Origin: Mizuhopecten yessoensis
Taxonomy: Eukaryota
DNA: 64,000 bases
NCBI RefSeq assembly: GCF_002113885.1
Contig: NW_018408493.1
Coordinates: forward strand, 1,027,249-1,091,248
Reading direction: 5' to 3'
Positions 1 through 12,700 of this stretch are shown piece after piece. Made by a program: the position numbers and the translations under genes. Below the pieces are notes generated by a model. The model was not told where the DNA came from, did no database searches, and was given only the letters and a program-made list of their open reading frames with translations. The stretch's first letter is position 1. Every line of letters begins with the position of its first letter.

Positions 1-119
1 CGCTATTATAGACATTGGACACTGCCGCTTTTGTCGTCGTCTTAGAACGAGTGTACCTCCAAAGCTGGTTATGGTTGTTTATTTAATGTTCTGTGCTTTG
101 TCATTTTCCTTGAGGAAAA

Positions 120-445
120 CAGATTTCCTGACAAAATTTGTTACAGTGTACGAGCTTGCTTATATTTATGAATATTTCCCCCTGGATTTGCAATGCACAT
201 AGTTTTTCCACTTGCTCCGTTTTCCCCTTAATGCCTGAACCGCCTCTCGATTGAGAGGGTGTTTACTGTTACGACGTGGTTACACTTTGTTCACCGGTAT
301 ATGATTGTCTGTTACTTTTGATATTGTTTCAACAAAACGATTCCATGCCTCAACCGCATTCATCTTCTCCATTCATGCCATGTCCAAACTTGATAGTTCT
401 TCGTCAATCGACTTGTAATCAGCTTTAAAACAAGGTCCGTTTACT
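120..445 (-). mobile_element. Degenerate non-LTR retrotransposon (CR1/L2-like) ORF2 fragment, endonuclease-RT linker region
   Basis: Manual minus-strand translation FKADYKSIDEELSSLDMA*MEKMNAVEAWNRFVETISKVTDNHIPVNKV*PRRNSKHPLNREAVQALRGKRSKWKNY...YKQAR resembles the CR1-group ORF2 linker; in-frame stops. Confidence 0.6.
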
Positions 446-1195
446 CATAAAACTTGCTTCCGTACGTGTATAACCATGGTTCCAACCCCGTAACTGTGAT
501 TGTTTAACTGTCACTCTAACAAACTAAGCTACATGGCACAATTGCGGTAAATTATAGACAAAACGAAATTAAGGGGAGATAACTTTATATACCAAAACAC
601 GGCAGTTGAAAATCCAATGTTTTGCCTGAACAGCGAAGCAAGTAGCTTAAATTCTCTGACAGAACAGTTACTAAGCTAGCTCACACGACACATATGTCCT
701 TCCCTACTGGACTGAGGTATCCACTCCAGGTTTTCTGTGCTTCACTTTGAGAAAAACAACCACGAAACATAAGTGCGTACTAAATCAGAAGTTATACACA
801 TGTGTTACGCACTGAAGTTTATATGCCAAGTAAGGTGATTTTTCTTCTTCATAGCTAAATACATTTACACATATGAATAATTTAAAACTCTATAAAAGTA
901 TGGTCTTTGAATCACATAACGAACACGTGTTTCATTGTTTTAAGAGAGTGTACATGAAGTTTGGTTTTGACAAAATGGGGGATAAAAACATCCTCTCTTG
1001 GAGGTATACGGAAAGGAGATATCTCCATCCTCGGCACAGATCGGCTTAGGCAGCCTTGGGTAAGTCAGTCAAGAATCCCCCTCCCCTTCCTCCTCCTCCT
1101 CCTCCCTCAGGTGTTTTGGGATGCCGGGGTTTTTTTTTTGTGTCCTACCCTGATTCGAATTAGTCCGTTGGTGGTGGCTGACATGTTTCCTTGAT

Positions 1196-1413
1196 GGGGC
1201 AGCGATGGCCAAGTGGTAAAGGCGTCTGACTTTCTGCTTCCACTAGCCCTCCACCACTGGGTCGCGGGTTCAAAGCCTACGTGGGGGAGTCGCCTGGTAT
1301 TGGCCGTAGGTCGATGGTTTTTCTCCGGGAACTCCGGGTTCCCTCCATCACTAAAACCTGGCACATACATAAATTACCTTAGCGGTTAATCGGACGTAAA
1401 ACACCAAACCCAA
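1196..1413 (+). mobile_element. tRNA-derived SINE with V-domain-like core
   Basis: A-box-like TGGCCAAGTGG, B-box-like GGTTCAAAGCC, core GGTTTTTCTCCGGGAACTCCGGGTTCCCTCC, tail GGACGTAAAACACCAAACCCAAC; head homologous to 7468-7550. Confidence 0.75.
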
Positions 1414-3315
1414 CTTTTTCTTGATTTGATAGAACTGAATTTGTGTGTAAATGCCATACCCCTCCTGAGTTTCATTTTGGTTGTTTGTTTTTATTTTAGA
1501 GTCTCTTATGTACAAGTTAGGGGTTTTTTGGCATGTACTTTCGATTTTATACAAATTCGTCGTTGCTTTCCACATATACGATGTTCTATTCCATCTTACG
1601 TGTACAAAGGATTATAAAAGATTGTTTATTTTTGTAATATTCTAAAAAAGGCTCCGTAAATTAGTGTTAAATGGTACCGCCTTGACCAAGATAAACAGGT
1701 CATTTTTCTCCACGCATTGTAATACAACATGTGTATGTTATATTTCTTATGGTACCGTTAATGAATGACAGGGATCTTTCCTTGTGTATAATTGTTCTTT
1801 GTGGTTTTCGCGGATCCGATGAATCGAAAAGAATCGGAGAGATTTATAAATTTATAAACGTGGATATCTGTGCCTATATCGATGTCTGCCACAAAATTAT
1901 GGCTGATGGTTTTTAGTCACCCCTGGGGGATCCCCAGCGGGGACTATTCATTTTGGTTTCAGTCCCAGATTTTGACCTCTGTTGCCGATCACTGTTTTCG
2001 GCTTTCGTTTGCTTCTGTCGCTAATTACAAGCTTTTGGATAACTCAGATATCGATTTAGGAATAGATCTAACATACAACCAAAACGCGCTCCGAATTTCA
2101 AACTGAATATGTTCAGAATATGAATCAGTCACCTTTGAGGTTCCCGAAGGGGTAGACTGTTATATTATATATTGCTATTGATTGATTGAGATTTTTATGT
2201 CTGACCAACGACTATATTGGTAAAATTTCTTTTTAAACCAATATAAATTTTGTAATAAAAAGTTCAGGTAGAAAAGCTCAATAACGTCTCTTTTCTTTTA
2301 TCATCTATTCACGCAGTGACACAAGAAAACGTCACCTAGCAAAAGGGCAAACTTGATTTGACATGCCGGGTTTGTGCTTGCCGCCGGCACACTACATTCA
2401 AGCATACGTGCAATTTGGCGGACTAAAATAACATTTTGTATCGCTTTGCATTTCTCTGCAGTCCGGCGTAACTTCTAATCGAACGGCAGGCGCCGAACAT
2501 GCGGTACTTAAGGGACATACGTAATCAGTAGGTAGGTGCCGCCTTCCCAGCGGTAACCGGCACGCCTGAATCAAGTTCGTCCATAGTAAAAAGTTAACGA
2601 CATTTATGGAAATTGCTTAAGGTTTTTTAATTTACATACCATTTTCAGCCGTCAGATTATAATTTCAAAGGGTGATATGTTATAAATAAATGCGCCACCA
2701 TTCAAACAAATATTTCATCAACATTCATATCCCGTATGATAACGTTTACAACTTTGGAACACTTTACGACATAACACTTAACGGCAGAACTTGAAATGGA
2801 AAACCGGAAGAGTGGATGGTCATGTAAGGTAAGTAGTTCATTGCCATATTCAGAATTTATAATAAAAGCGCTCGATGGTGGCAGCGGTGACCACGAGGTA
2901 CCGACAAAACAATACCATGTTTTGCCGGTACAGTTCTTCGTGGTCACCACGTGGCGATACTGTACCGGCAGGACACGGCATTGTCATATTTATGTATATC
3001 GCTATTGCCAATAATATTCCTGTCAGTGTCCTGTCAAAACGTAAGGACAAATGTGTTTAACAGCACTGTTGTGCATGTTCATATTTCTTTTCTATGAAAT
3101 TAACCAACAAAGATCCAGTCTAATTTAAGGATGTAAACAAAATTGAGAGTATTGCGGTATTTGCAGCTCTTTCTGCAAATCATGGCTCCTTTCATAATAT
3201 TTCCTAAGATCACTGATCGTTCTATCTGTAACATCAAACATTTCTCTTTAGTTTCTCCATTTCCCCCTGCAGGTTGAAGGTACATGTTCCGTAGGTGTAA
3301 CAATACGGGTTGAGC

Positions 3316-3418
3316 ACAGGGACTTGTATAGACTTATATGATACATATTAGCTAGAAATACGTATATATATAGGTATTTCTAGCTAATTTTATCATATAA
3401 GTCTATACAAGCCCCTGT
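3316..3418. mobile_element. Short foldback MITE with about 9-bp TSD
   Basis: ACAGGGACTTGTATAGACTTATATGATA... is the reverse complement of ...TATCATATAAGTCTATACAAGCCCCTGT; flanks GGGTTGAGC / TGGTTGAGC. Confidence 0.65.
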
Positions 3419-5624
3419 TGGTTGAGCTAACCAGAATATATTACAATACAGAAGGAAAATATTGCGATAGTGTCGCAATATAATTTCATAGGAAAAATGG
3501 GTTTTTTTCTGATAATTGGGCTTAATGGGTGTCAAAATGCTTTCATTAAATCTGAGATCCTTTGTGTGATACATTTGTATTGAATTGTATGCTAGTAATA
3601 GCCTGGATTATGGTTATTAGCATAATTATTTGACTGTTAGAACATGTTGCGATTCAGCAATATTTTATTATCGGCTTCGCATTGTGATAGATACATGTAC
3701 GATATGGCCTGTGTATTGCGATATACTGGTTTTCCGATACATTGTTACACCCCTATAGTCTATACATGCTTTAATAAACCATGATCACACTAAATATCCC
3801 AATTAAACATTGTAAGAAAACTGATATTTTATCATTTCCAGAATACACAAACTAAAATGGAAGGAAGTACTTTAACAGCTGCAGTAATACACTGTAAGTC
3901 ACTACAATTAGTTGGTTTAATTTCTAAACTTCATGTCAGTGGACTTGTTTCAGGTATGGATTCATTTTGGGCAAGATAAAAAGTGTATTAAGCAAAACTG
4001 CATATTTATGCGTGTTTTTTAATCAGTGATTAATTCTTATGTCTTCCGGACGAACTTCCGGTAATTTTTGTGTCAGTTTACAGACGATGACCCAACCTAA
4101 TGAGATATAGCTTGATAAAATGGCTGCGCGGAAATATATAACGCGCGGAAACCAATGACTAGACGATATTGACAGTTTTACCAACAAATTATTTTTACTG
4201 AGAATTACCAATTGATACTATGGAGTTAAATAACCACCAATACAATACCAGTACAAACTAGTGATAGGGATTGGAAATTCCTTAATTTTCAGCCTTTAGT
4301 TTTGGTGAAAATGATTTGGTCCAATATGCATGTTCAGTTTTGTTATATATTTTTTTTTCATTTTAACAGATGAAATATCTCATCCTGGCACTTTGGCATG
4401 TTTGAATGAGGAAGGCCTTGAAATTGGGATGCAGAAGGCCAGGGAATGTCACAGAAATAATAAAAAATAAATAAAAAAAATATTTGTAGTGTTTGTGTTT
4501 TATGGTCATAAGACATGGAACATTTTCTTCAAGTAAATCAACACCATGCTTTCTTTTTATATCCTAGTAGGTTGGCATGGTTACCTAAACAGTTTGTATG
4601 CATAACTAGTCATTGTTAGACCATTTTGATTGACAGGTGGAAATATGTCAGTTGTAGCTTGGTCAATGATTTATTATACTGAAAATAATAATCATACAGG
4701 AGATGGGGTGACTTTCATGTCATTTTGACATATTTCTAGTTTTTTTTATTATTTTATAACACAATTTATTCCAAATTAAATGTTATCTGGAGATAGTGAT
4801 GATGTCGGTAATTGATTGTTTATAAAGAGTTTGTTTATTTACAATGTATTTTATTAATTCATTTATTTATTTCGAGCGGTGCGCAGATGTCAACAGTCTC
4901 GTAGACTAGGAGTTGTCTACATCACGTGATCGAAATGCTTATATATGTACAAAGTGACTTGTAATCCGACAACAGTATATACGGATAAACTTCCGGTGCA
5001 CTATAAGATTTGTCAGTGACGAATAATGATATGTTTGTAGTACGCTGGCAGTAATTTTTAAGAGCCAGTATACTGCTTAAGTGAAGTCCCTACTTATGTC
5101 TCCTGAACAAGGCCCAACAAAAACACTTTGATATGCATTTGTGACGTATATTTACTACCGGTTGCTTTGAATGGAGGACATTAAGTGAGATTTTAACATG
5201 AGTATGTGGCTTTTATCTACTTATGAAAAAGATTCAAACTTTGTTTTGAATTGTTCTTAATGAAACATGTCATAACGTTTGCCAAAATGTCTACTGTTAA
5301 TTTTTTTTTTTTTTTGCAAAAGCTTCATTTCACGAGGAGACTCATTCGCTTTAATTAAAACCAGATAAATCTCAGTAGTAACATCAATTACAACTGTCAA
5401 TATTAAGAAAGTATCCTTTTAATGGCTTATTCGAGTGTTATCGAATAAAACCTGCCGATATAGTTGATGGAATTAATTCACATAAAGTTAAAGTGGTTTT
5501 CAGTTATCGTTATATTGAGTATATTAACACAAATCTGGTTTTACATTTAGGACCATTAAAAAAAGTAATCATATTTTACTCATTTAACTATGACCGCGTG
5601 GGACTTTCTCTGTTGTATATGTAT

Positions 5625-5819
5625 ACCGTTATTCGGTCTTTGCGTATTGCAGAGTTATCTTCTCTTGGGAGCAGGTATTTATTGTTACGTCATTGGTTTG
5701 TGAGAGTAACGTCATTTTGAGAAAACGACTTAATTTTCTCCCACAAACCAATGACGTAACAATCAATACCTGCTCCCAAGAGAAGATAACTCTGCAAACC
5801 GCAAAAACGGAATAAAGGT
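5625..5819. mobile_element. Foldback MITE (about 85-bp inverted arms)
   Basis: TTGCAGAGTTATCTTCTCTTGGGAGCAGGTATT..ATTGTTACGTCATTGGTTTGTG pairs with CACAAACCAATGACGTAACAAT..AATACCTGCTCCCAAGAGAAGATAACTCTGCAA. Confidence 0.75.
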
Positions 5820-6729
5820 CTGCAGTGCATATGTGACCAAAACGACTGTATGCATTTGAATGTATAATGAATGACTTTAAAAATTAAAATTACTTCGGAG
5901 TCATGGGGGACACCTAATAATGTTAAAACTCAAAATGTTTGCAGACTTAAACACCTTATCCACTTATATAAGTGATCTTTTCTTGTGGAAACTGCTTATT
6001 TAAACACTGTTAAACTGTATAACGGGTTAAGCGCTTAAAAACACGAACTAATATCCATACCAGACTTAAATGTGAACTACAGCTATAGGAATGAAATGCC
6101 CGATTCCGAAAACAAATAAATAAATGGAAAAAAAAAATATAAAGAAACTGGTTGGGGGGGTGGGGGGACGTTTCTCGTTGATTTATAAAGACGGTGATAA
6201 CTTCATGTTTTCTGAAATGCATTAAGATCTACATCTACAAATGTATGATATTACCGAAAGTTAGATTTTCACACGCGAACATACGACGGGTAAACGTTCT
6301 GGTTAACTTTTCCTGTGTTGGAGGGGAGACAACTCGCAATAAGTGTGCCTACTTTAACCAGAATACCAACATTTAATGTAGATATAACCATTTTAGGGCT
6401 GAACAAAGTGTTTTCTTAGTATACTATTTAATCGAAGTACATACTACACATGATGGTTTCTGTATGGACTGATGTATATATTTAAACCCAAAATGTGTTT
6501 GCCTTAAGTGTCGTTTCCCCAACCCCTTCACTACATCCTGTTTCCGTCTCTATACACAAAGTCCTTGTATGTCACACAGAGGGTACATCAGACAGATATA
6601 TATAGTGTGTAGATTTCAGATGAGGAAAGTTATTGCTACATTGCAACGATGTGAGTCATACAATTTGTTGACATTTTGTGTGATGTAGAATATATCAAAC
6701 AAAGAAAAGGGCGGATTTAACAAGCAGAC

Positions 6730-9700
6730 ATGTTGGGAAGGTAACCGTATAATCTCGTATAACGAAGGATTATGAATTCATGTGCTAAACTCTGTCATTG
6801 TATGTATTGATATTCTCTCTTTATCTTATGTGTACTTGAGTATTTGCCCCTGCAAAATACGGAGAAAGCATAATATGTTGATGTAACGTTACGATTGATT
6901 CAGAGAAAAAAAATGAGAGTAACCTGATTTTGTTTTAAACCTTCTCATAATGTATCTATATAACCTATTCAAAAAATGTTTGCTCCTTTTGTTTTTGAAA
7001 TATTTCATATGCAAAACTATGTAAATATATATTAACAGTATCTCTTTATCTAACGTGTACTTGGGTATTTGCTCCCTGCGGAATAAGGAGAAAACTTTAT
7101 ATGCTAATGTAGCGTTACCATTTTACGGATTTCTGAACATCTCTTGCGAGAGAGCTGATTTCGTTTTAAAACCTGCTCATAATACATCTAAAACATCTAA
7201 GCCGTTCTTGTTCCTTTTCTTAAACGTCACTGAAGACCAGTTGAGCGTATATATGAACAGGGGCCNGAATAGTATCTCTTTATCTAACGTGTACTTGGGT
7301 ATTTGCTTCCTGCGGATGTAGCGTTACCATTTTACGGATTTGTGAACATCTCTTGCGAGTGAGCTGATTTCGTTTTAAAACCTTCTCATAATACATCTAA
7401 AACACCTAAGCCGTTCTTGTTCCTTTTGTTAAACGTCACTGAAGACCAGTAGAGCGTAAATATGAACAGGGTCCGCAGTGGCCAAGTGGTTATTGTGTCT
7501 GACATTCTGCTATCACTAGCCCCCCCAGCACTGGGTTGCGGGTTCGAGGGCTGGTGATTTTTGGTTGTTGTTGTTGTTGTTGGGGGGGGGGGGGGAACTT
7601 TTTTGAATACTTTTTTGGTTGGGTATTCTTTATATGCATATAATTAATGCCCTTAATCGATATACATCATCTAATATCTTTTTGCAAACAATTCTGTAAA
7701 ATGGTGTATGTTGCTGTTTTTTAGATTATGATATTATGAAGGTTTATTTTATTAATATAGTTATTTCGTCCTCGTGACGGTTATGACATGGACGATAGCG
7801 ATGGCGACAATAGACAACAGTGATGGTAAGTTTCCTTATAGATGTAATATGTATTCATCGATCTCACCTTGTAACTCAAAATAAGGCATGACTCAGTAGG
7901 TTTTTTTTTAATACAGTCCAGGTTTTAGAAGAATATTGTGTAACAGGAGAGAAAAATGCACGACCAGACCGGGGTTCGAACCCTGGACCTTCCGAACTCT
8001 AGACGGACAATCTACCAATTGAGCTACCTGGTCGCCGACGATCGACCCAGTCTAGTTCCGTTACATTCCTCCCTCCTTTTTCTAACTCTTCGCTCCCGAA
8101 AACACAACTATTTACAACCCAGGTTCGGGTAGCCCTTTAACAAGCATACAAGGGTTTGGCATAGGCATCACTGTAACAGGAGAGGAAATATGCACGATCA
8201 GTCCGGGGTTCGAACCCGTGACCCTCCGAACTCTAGACGGACAATCTACCAATTGAGCTACCTGGTCGCCGACGATCGATCCAGTCCAGTTCCACTACAA
8301 TTGTAATAATAACTTTAGTTCTTTTATAACGATCATGAAACAAGTTATATGAACTTATATTAACCACTTGTGTTGGTATGGAGGGTAGCCCGCAGTGGGT
8401 TTTAATGTGGGAGGAAACCGGAGTACCCAGAGAAAACCGACGTGGTTGGACAGGCGACTCCATACCTTTACACGTCTGATCGGGAACTATAACCTTGGCC
8501 GTTTTGGTAAAAAGGCGATTGCGCTATCCACTGTGCCAACTGAACACTTGCGTATATTGTAAATTAAGAAAATATAAAATAATGAGTAATCAATACAACA
8601 ATATTGATGACGGATATATAGGTTTGAAATGTTCGTCGATGTCCTTTTCGCTATATTCTACATGTGATTCGGAACACTAAGTCATTTTTTTATATGCTTT
8701 CATGCTTATGTCTTCCATTGATGCTTTAATGTTAATGTCTACCATTGATGCTTTTATGCTTATGTCTACCATTGATGCGGTATGCTTATGTCTACCATTG
8801 ATGCGGTATGCTTATGTCTACCATTGATGCGGTATGCTTATGTCTCCCATTGATCCGGTATGCTTATGTCTCCCATTGATGCTTTATGCTTCATGCTTTT
8901 GTCTACTGTTTATGCTTATGTCTACCACTAATGCGTTTTTGCTCATGTCTACCATTGATGTGGTATGCTTATGTCTACCATTGATGTGGTATGATTATGT
9001 CTACCATTGATGAGGTATGCTTATGTCTCCTATTGATGAGGTATGCTTATGTCTCCCATTGATGATTATGTCTACCATTGATGCTTGTATGCTTTTGTCT
9101 ACCATTGATACGTTTATGCTTATGTCTACCATTGATGCTGTTATGATTATGTCTACTATTGGTGCTTTATGCTTATGCCTTCCGTTAATGCTTTATGGTT
9201 TTGTCTACCATTAATGCTTTTTATGCTTATGTCTACCATTAATGCATTTATGCTTATGTCTACCATTGATGCTGTATGCTTATGTCTACCATTGATGCTT
9301 GGCTGCTTATGTCTTCCGTTGATGCTTTATGCTTTTGTCTACCATTGATGCGTTTGTGCTTATGTCTACCATTAATACTTTTATGATTATGTCTACTATT
9401 GGTGCTTTATACTTTATGCTTTATGCTTTTATGATTATGTCTACTATTGGGGCTTTATGCTTTTGTCCTCCGTTAATGCTTTATGATTTTGTCTACCATT
9501 AATGATTTTATGCTTATGTCTACCATTGATGCATTACGCTTATGTCTACCATTGATGCGGTATGCTTATGTCTCTCATTGATCCGGTATGCTTATGTCTA
9601 CAATTGATGCTTTATGCTTCATGCTTTTGTCTACCGTTTATGCTTATGTCTACCATTGATGCTTTTATGATTATGTCTACCATTGATACTTTATGATTAT

Positions 9701-12700
9701 GTCTACCATTGATGCGTGTATGCTTATGTCGACCATTGATGCGTCTATGCTTTTGTCTACCGTTAATGCTTTTATGATTAAGTCTACTATTGGTGCTTTA
9801 TGCTTATGTTTTCCGTTAATGCTTTATGCTTTTGTCTACCATTGATGCATTTATGCTTATGTCTACCATTAATGCTTTTATGATTATGTCTACTATTGGT
9901 GCTTTATGCTTATGTCTTCCGTTAATGCTTTATGCTTTTGTCTACCATTAATGCTTTTATGCTTATGTCTACCATTGATGCGTTTATGCTTATGTCTACC
10001 ATTGATGATGTATGCTTATGTCTACCATTGATGCCTGGCTGATTATGTCTACCATTGATGCTTTCTGCTTATGTCTACCATTGATGTTGTATGCTTATGT
10101 CTTCCGTTGATGCTTTATGCTTTTGCCTACCATTGATGCGTTTGTGCTTATGTATACCATTAATGTTTTTATGATTATGTCTACTATTGGTGCTTTATGC
10201 TTATGTCTACCATTGATGCTTTATGCTTTATGCTTTTATGATTATGTCTACTATTGGGGCTTTATGCTTTTGTCCTCCGTTAATGCTTTATGCTTTTGTC
10301 TACCATTAATGATTTTATGCTGATGTCTACCATTGGTGCTTGATGCTTATGTCTACCATTGATGGTTGTATGCTTATATAAACCATTGATGCTTTTATGC
10401 CTGTTTTCTGTTTTACCATAATTCTCAACATGTGCTTTAAAGGAATTTCTGCAGTTTAATAAAGCATAAAAGACAAAACAAGTTGAGATTGCGATCCATC
10501 CTCACACGGAGCAGAAAACGTTCTTCAGAATTTGTTGGTCATATTTATCTACATCACGTGACAAATATTTGGATGTACATGTACCCTTATAAGTCTCATA
10601 TGCAAAAAACTCCATTCATATAGACGGATTGGAAAAAAAATAGAGGAAAATGTTTTAGTAACATTACTTTTGAAGTGTTACTGCTAATAGATAACGGTTT
10701 ACAACACTTTTCTAATATCTATACTATTTTGTGTTACTAAACGTTCTATTTTGGTATTTTATATAGTGACAATTATCAGTGCGAAAATTACTGCAGAGGT
10801 GCGGTTTGACTGCAGTCGACGGAGCGACAACGAGGTGAGACCCCGGGATACACAATAAACGATGCGTCACGTTGTTATGTGTTGTCACATGATACACAAT
10901 AAATGATGCATCTGTCATGTGATGCTTGTTTCTTTTTTGGTTAAAGCTGGATTTCTCTAAGTTGCATCGTCACATCTGTTAGAAATTCTGCTTAATTTAA
11001 TAACAATTTTGATTACGATAAAATCGAATATATTTTAAATTCTAAATATGAACATTTAGTCAGGATTTAAAAAAGTATTTTGATGAAGGTCTTTGTTTGT
11101 GTGTCTTCGTAGATTCTGATGCTGTCTTTTCGTTTCTAAATTCCGATTCCGCGGGTTTTCACAGTGTTTCATTGTATATATGTATATTAAATTGTTTCCT
11201 CTTTTTTCAGGTTATGATTTGGAAAGTCTCGACAAAATCTGGGACGAAAGTCTTCAATGTCAAGGACAAATGTGATCGCAAAGCAAATGATCCAATTGAC
11301 GTGAGAAAACGGTGTATAGATGATAGATATGGTTTTGACCTTGTAATAAAAAAGATCATAGAAGATGACGAAGGCATTTATGAATGTGCTGCTGCCAGAC
11401 CCACCGACGTTCTAAAAAAATACGACTTTAGAATAGAAAGTATGTTTTTATAGTTATCTAAACCGAACTTGTTAAAATTCGGATCAGTAATTCGAAACTA
11501 CTTCAGTGATCATTCCAGCATTGCTTATCTTGAAAATTTTCACATAAAAATAACTTATTTAAAAATATGTTATTGTGCATAGCGTTTTAATTTATAACGA
11601 ATGTGAACTCATTCTCTGTAATTTTATTGGACATTTCTCGAAACAATTGTCTTAAGAAGTGTTAAAACAGAGGGACCATTGTTAAACTTAGTCTCGTTCC
11701 CCATCGTCATGTAAGGGAGAATGAAGTTAGTTTCTTAATTAATATTGACGTGTTAATTCGGCAATGGCTCATTTCACGATTATCCTTTAATTCTTCCCAT
11801 AGTTAAATATACTTATTTCAGGGGTTATTAAAATCATTCATCGACCTGTGAACAAGGTAATAATTGTATAATGTTGACATTTTCAGGAAAAGCCTTTATT
11901 CCCGAGTTCGCCTACACAAAAGATGCAACTGTAATGGAAGGAAACACTGCTAGACTATGGTGTAATGCTTCCGGATTTCCCATTCCTTCTGTTCTATGGC
12001 AAGTTGTGGACATTGATTCGAATAACAGAGAGTCTTTCCACGATATTGGTAAGTACACTGTACCTACTTGGATAATATGAGAATATATTGCTCCAGTGTG
12101 GTAGGCCAATCACTCCAGCTACAAATAAGTATATCTTATATATAAAGGTTTTTTAGAGTTAGTATAAAAGTAGTATAATATACATATTGTACGTATATGT
12201 ATTTGCATATGACAAGAGTGCTTTTGTATATCATTATGTCTCGTTTTTATCTAAATGATATATATTTTGTATATAATTCCGTCAAAACCTTGCTGTCAAC
12301 TTATTGTCTTAATTGCTATTTTTGTTACATTTATTTGTATGTGAATTTAATGATGTAAGCACTTATGAAAATTACTTTTCTTTTGGAAAATTATTACATC
12401 AAATTTTTTGCTTACCATCCTGAATATTAATTTATAGGCTTTTGAATCGTAATGTTTCATATTCTCCAAAACAGAAAGAAAGTTACATGAAGTTAGGAGG
12501 AAATAAGCGCTTACTTGCTGCAGTGACCTTTCAAAAAATATCCAGTTGTTAAACATGAAACCAAAATAAATTTTCCGTTCTCGCTTACTTGCCTGAAAAA
12601 ACAGCAAGAACTTAAAGTTTCTAAACGTGAAAAAATCATGTGCCTTTCTTAGTTTTTCTTTTCATGCAGTTATCTGATATTTAATTGATAAGTTATATTA

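Noticed and set aside
7962-8035. Functional tRNA-Ser(AGA) genes (also about 8196-8268)
   Set aside because: Mismatched D, anticodon and T stems, no long variable arm, and embedded in paired LTRs; treated as element-borne tRNA-like sequence
9017-10323. Repetitive ORFs (MLMSTIDA...) at 9017-9214 and 10117-10323
   Set aside because: By-products of the minisatellite; the frame is broken by 26/27-bp unit variation
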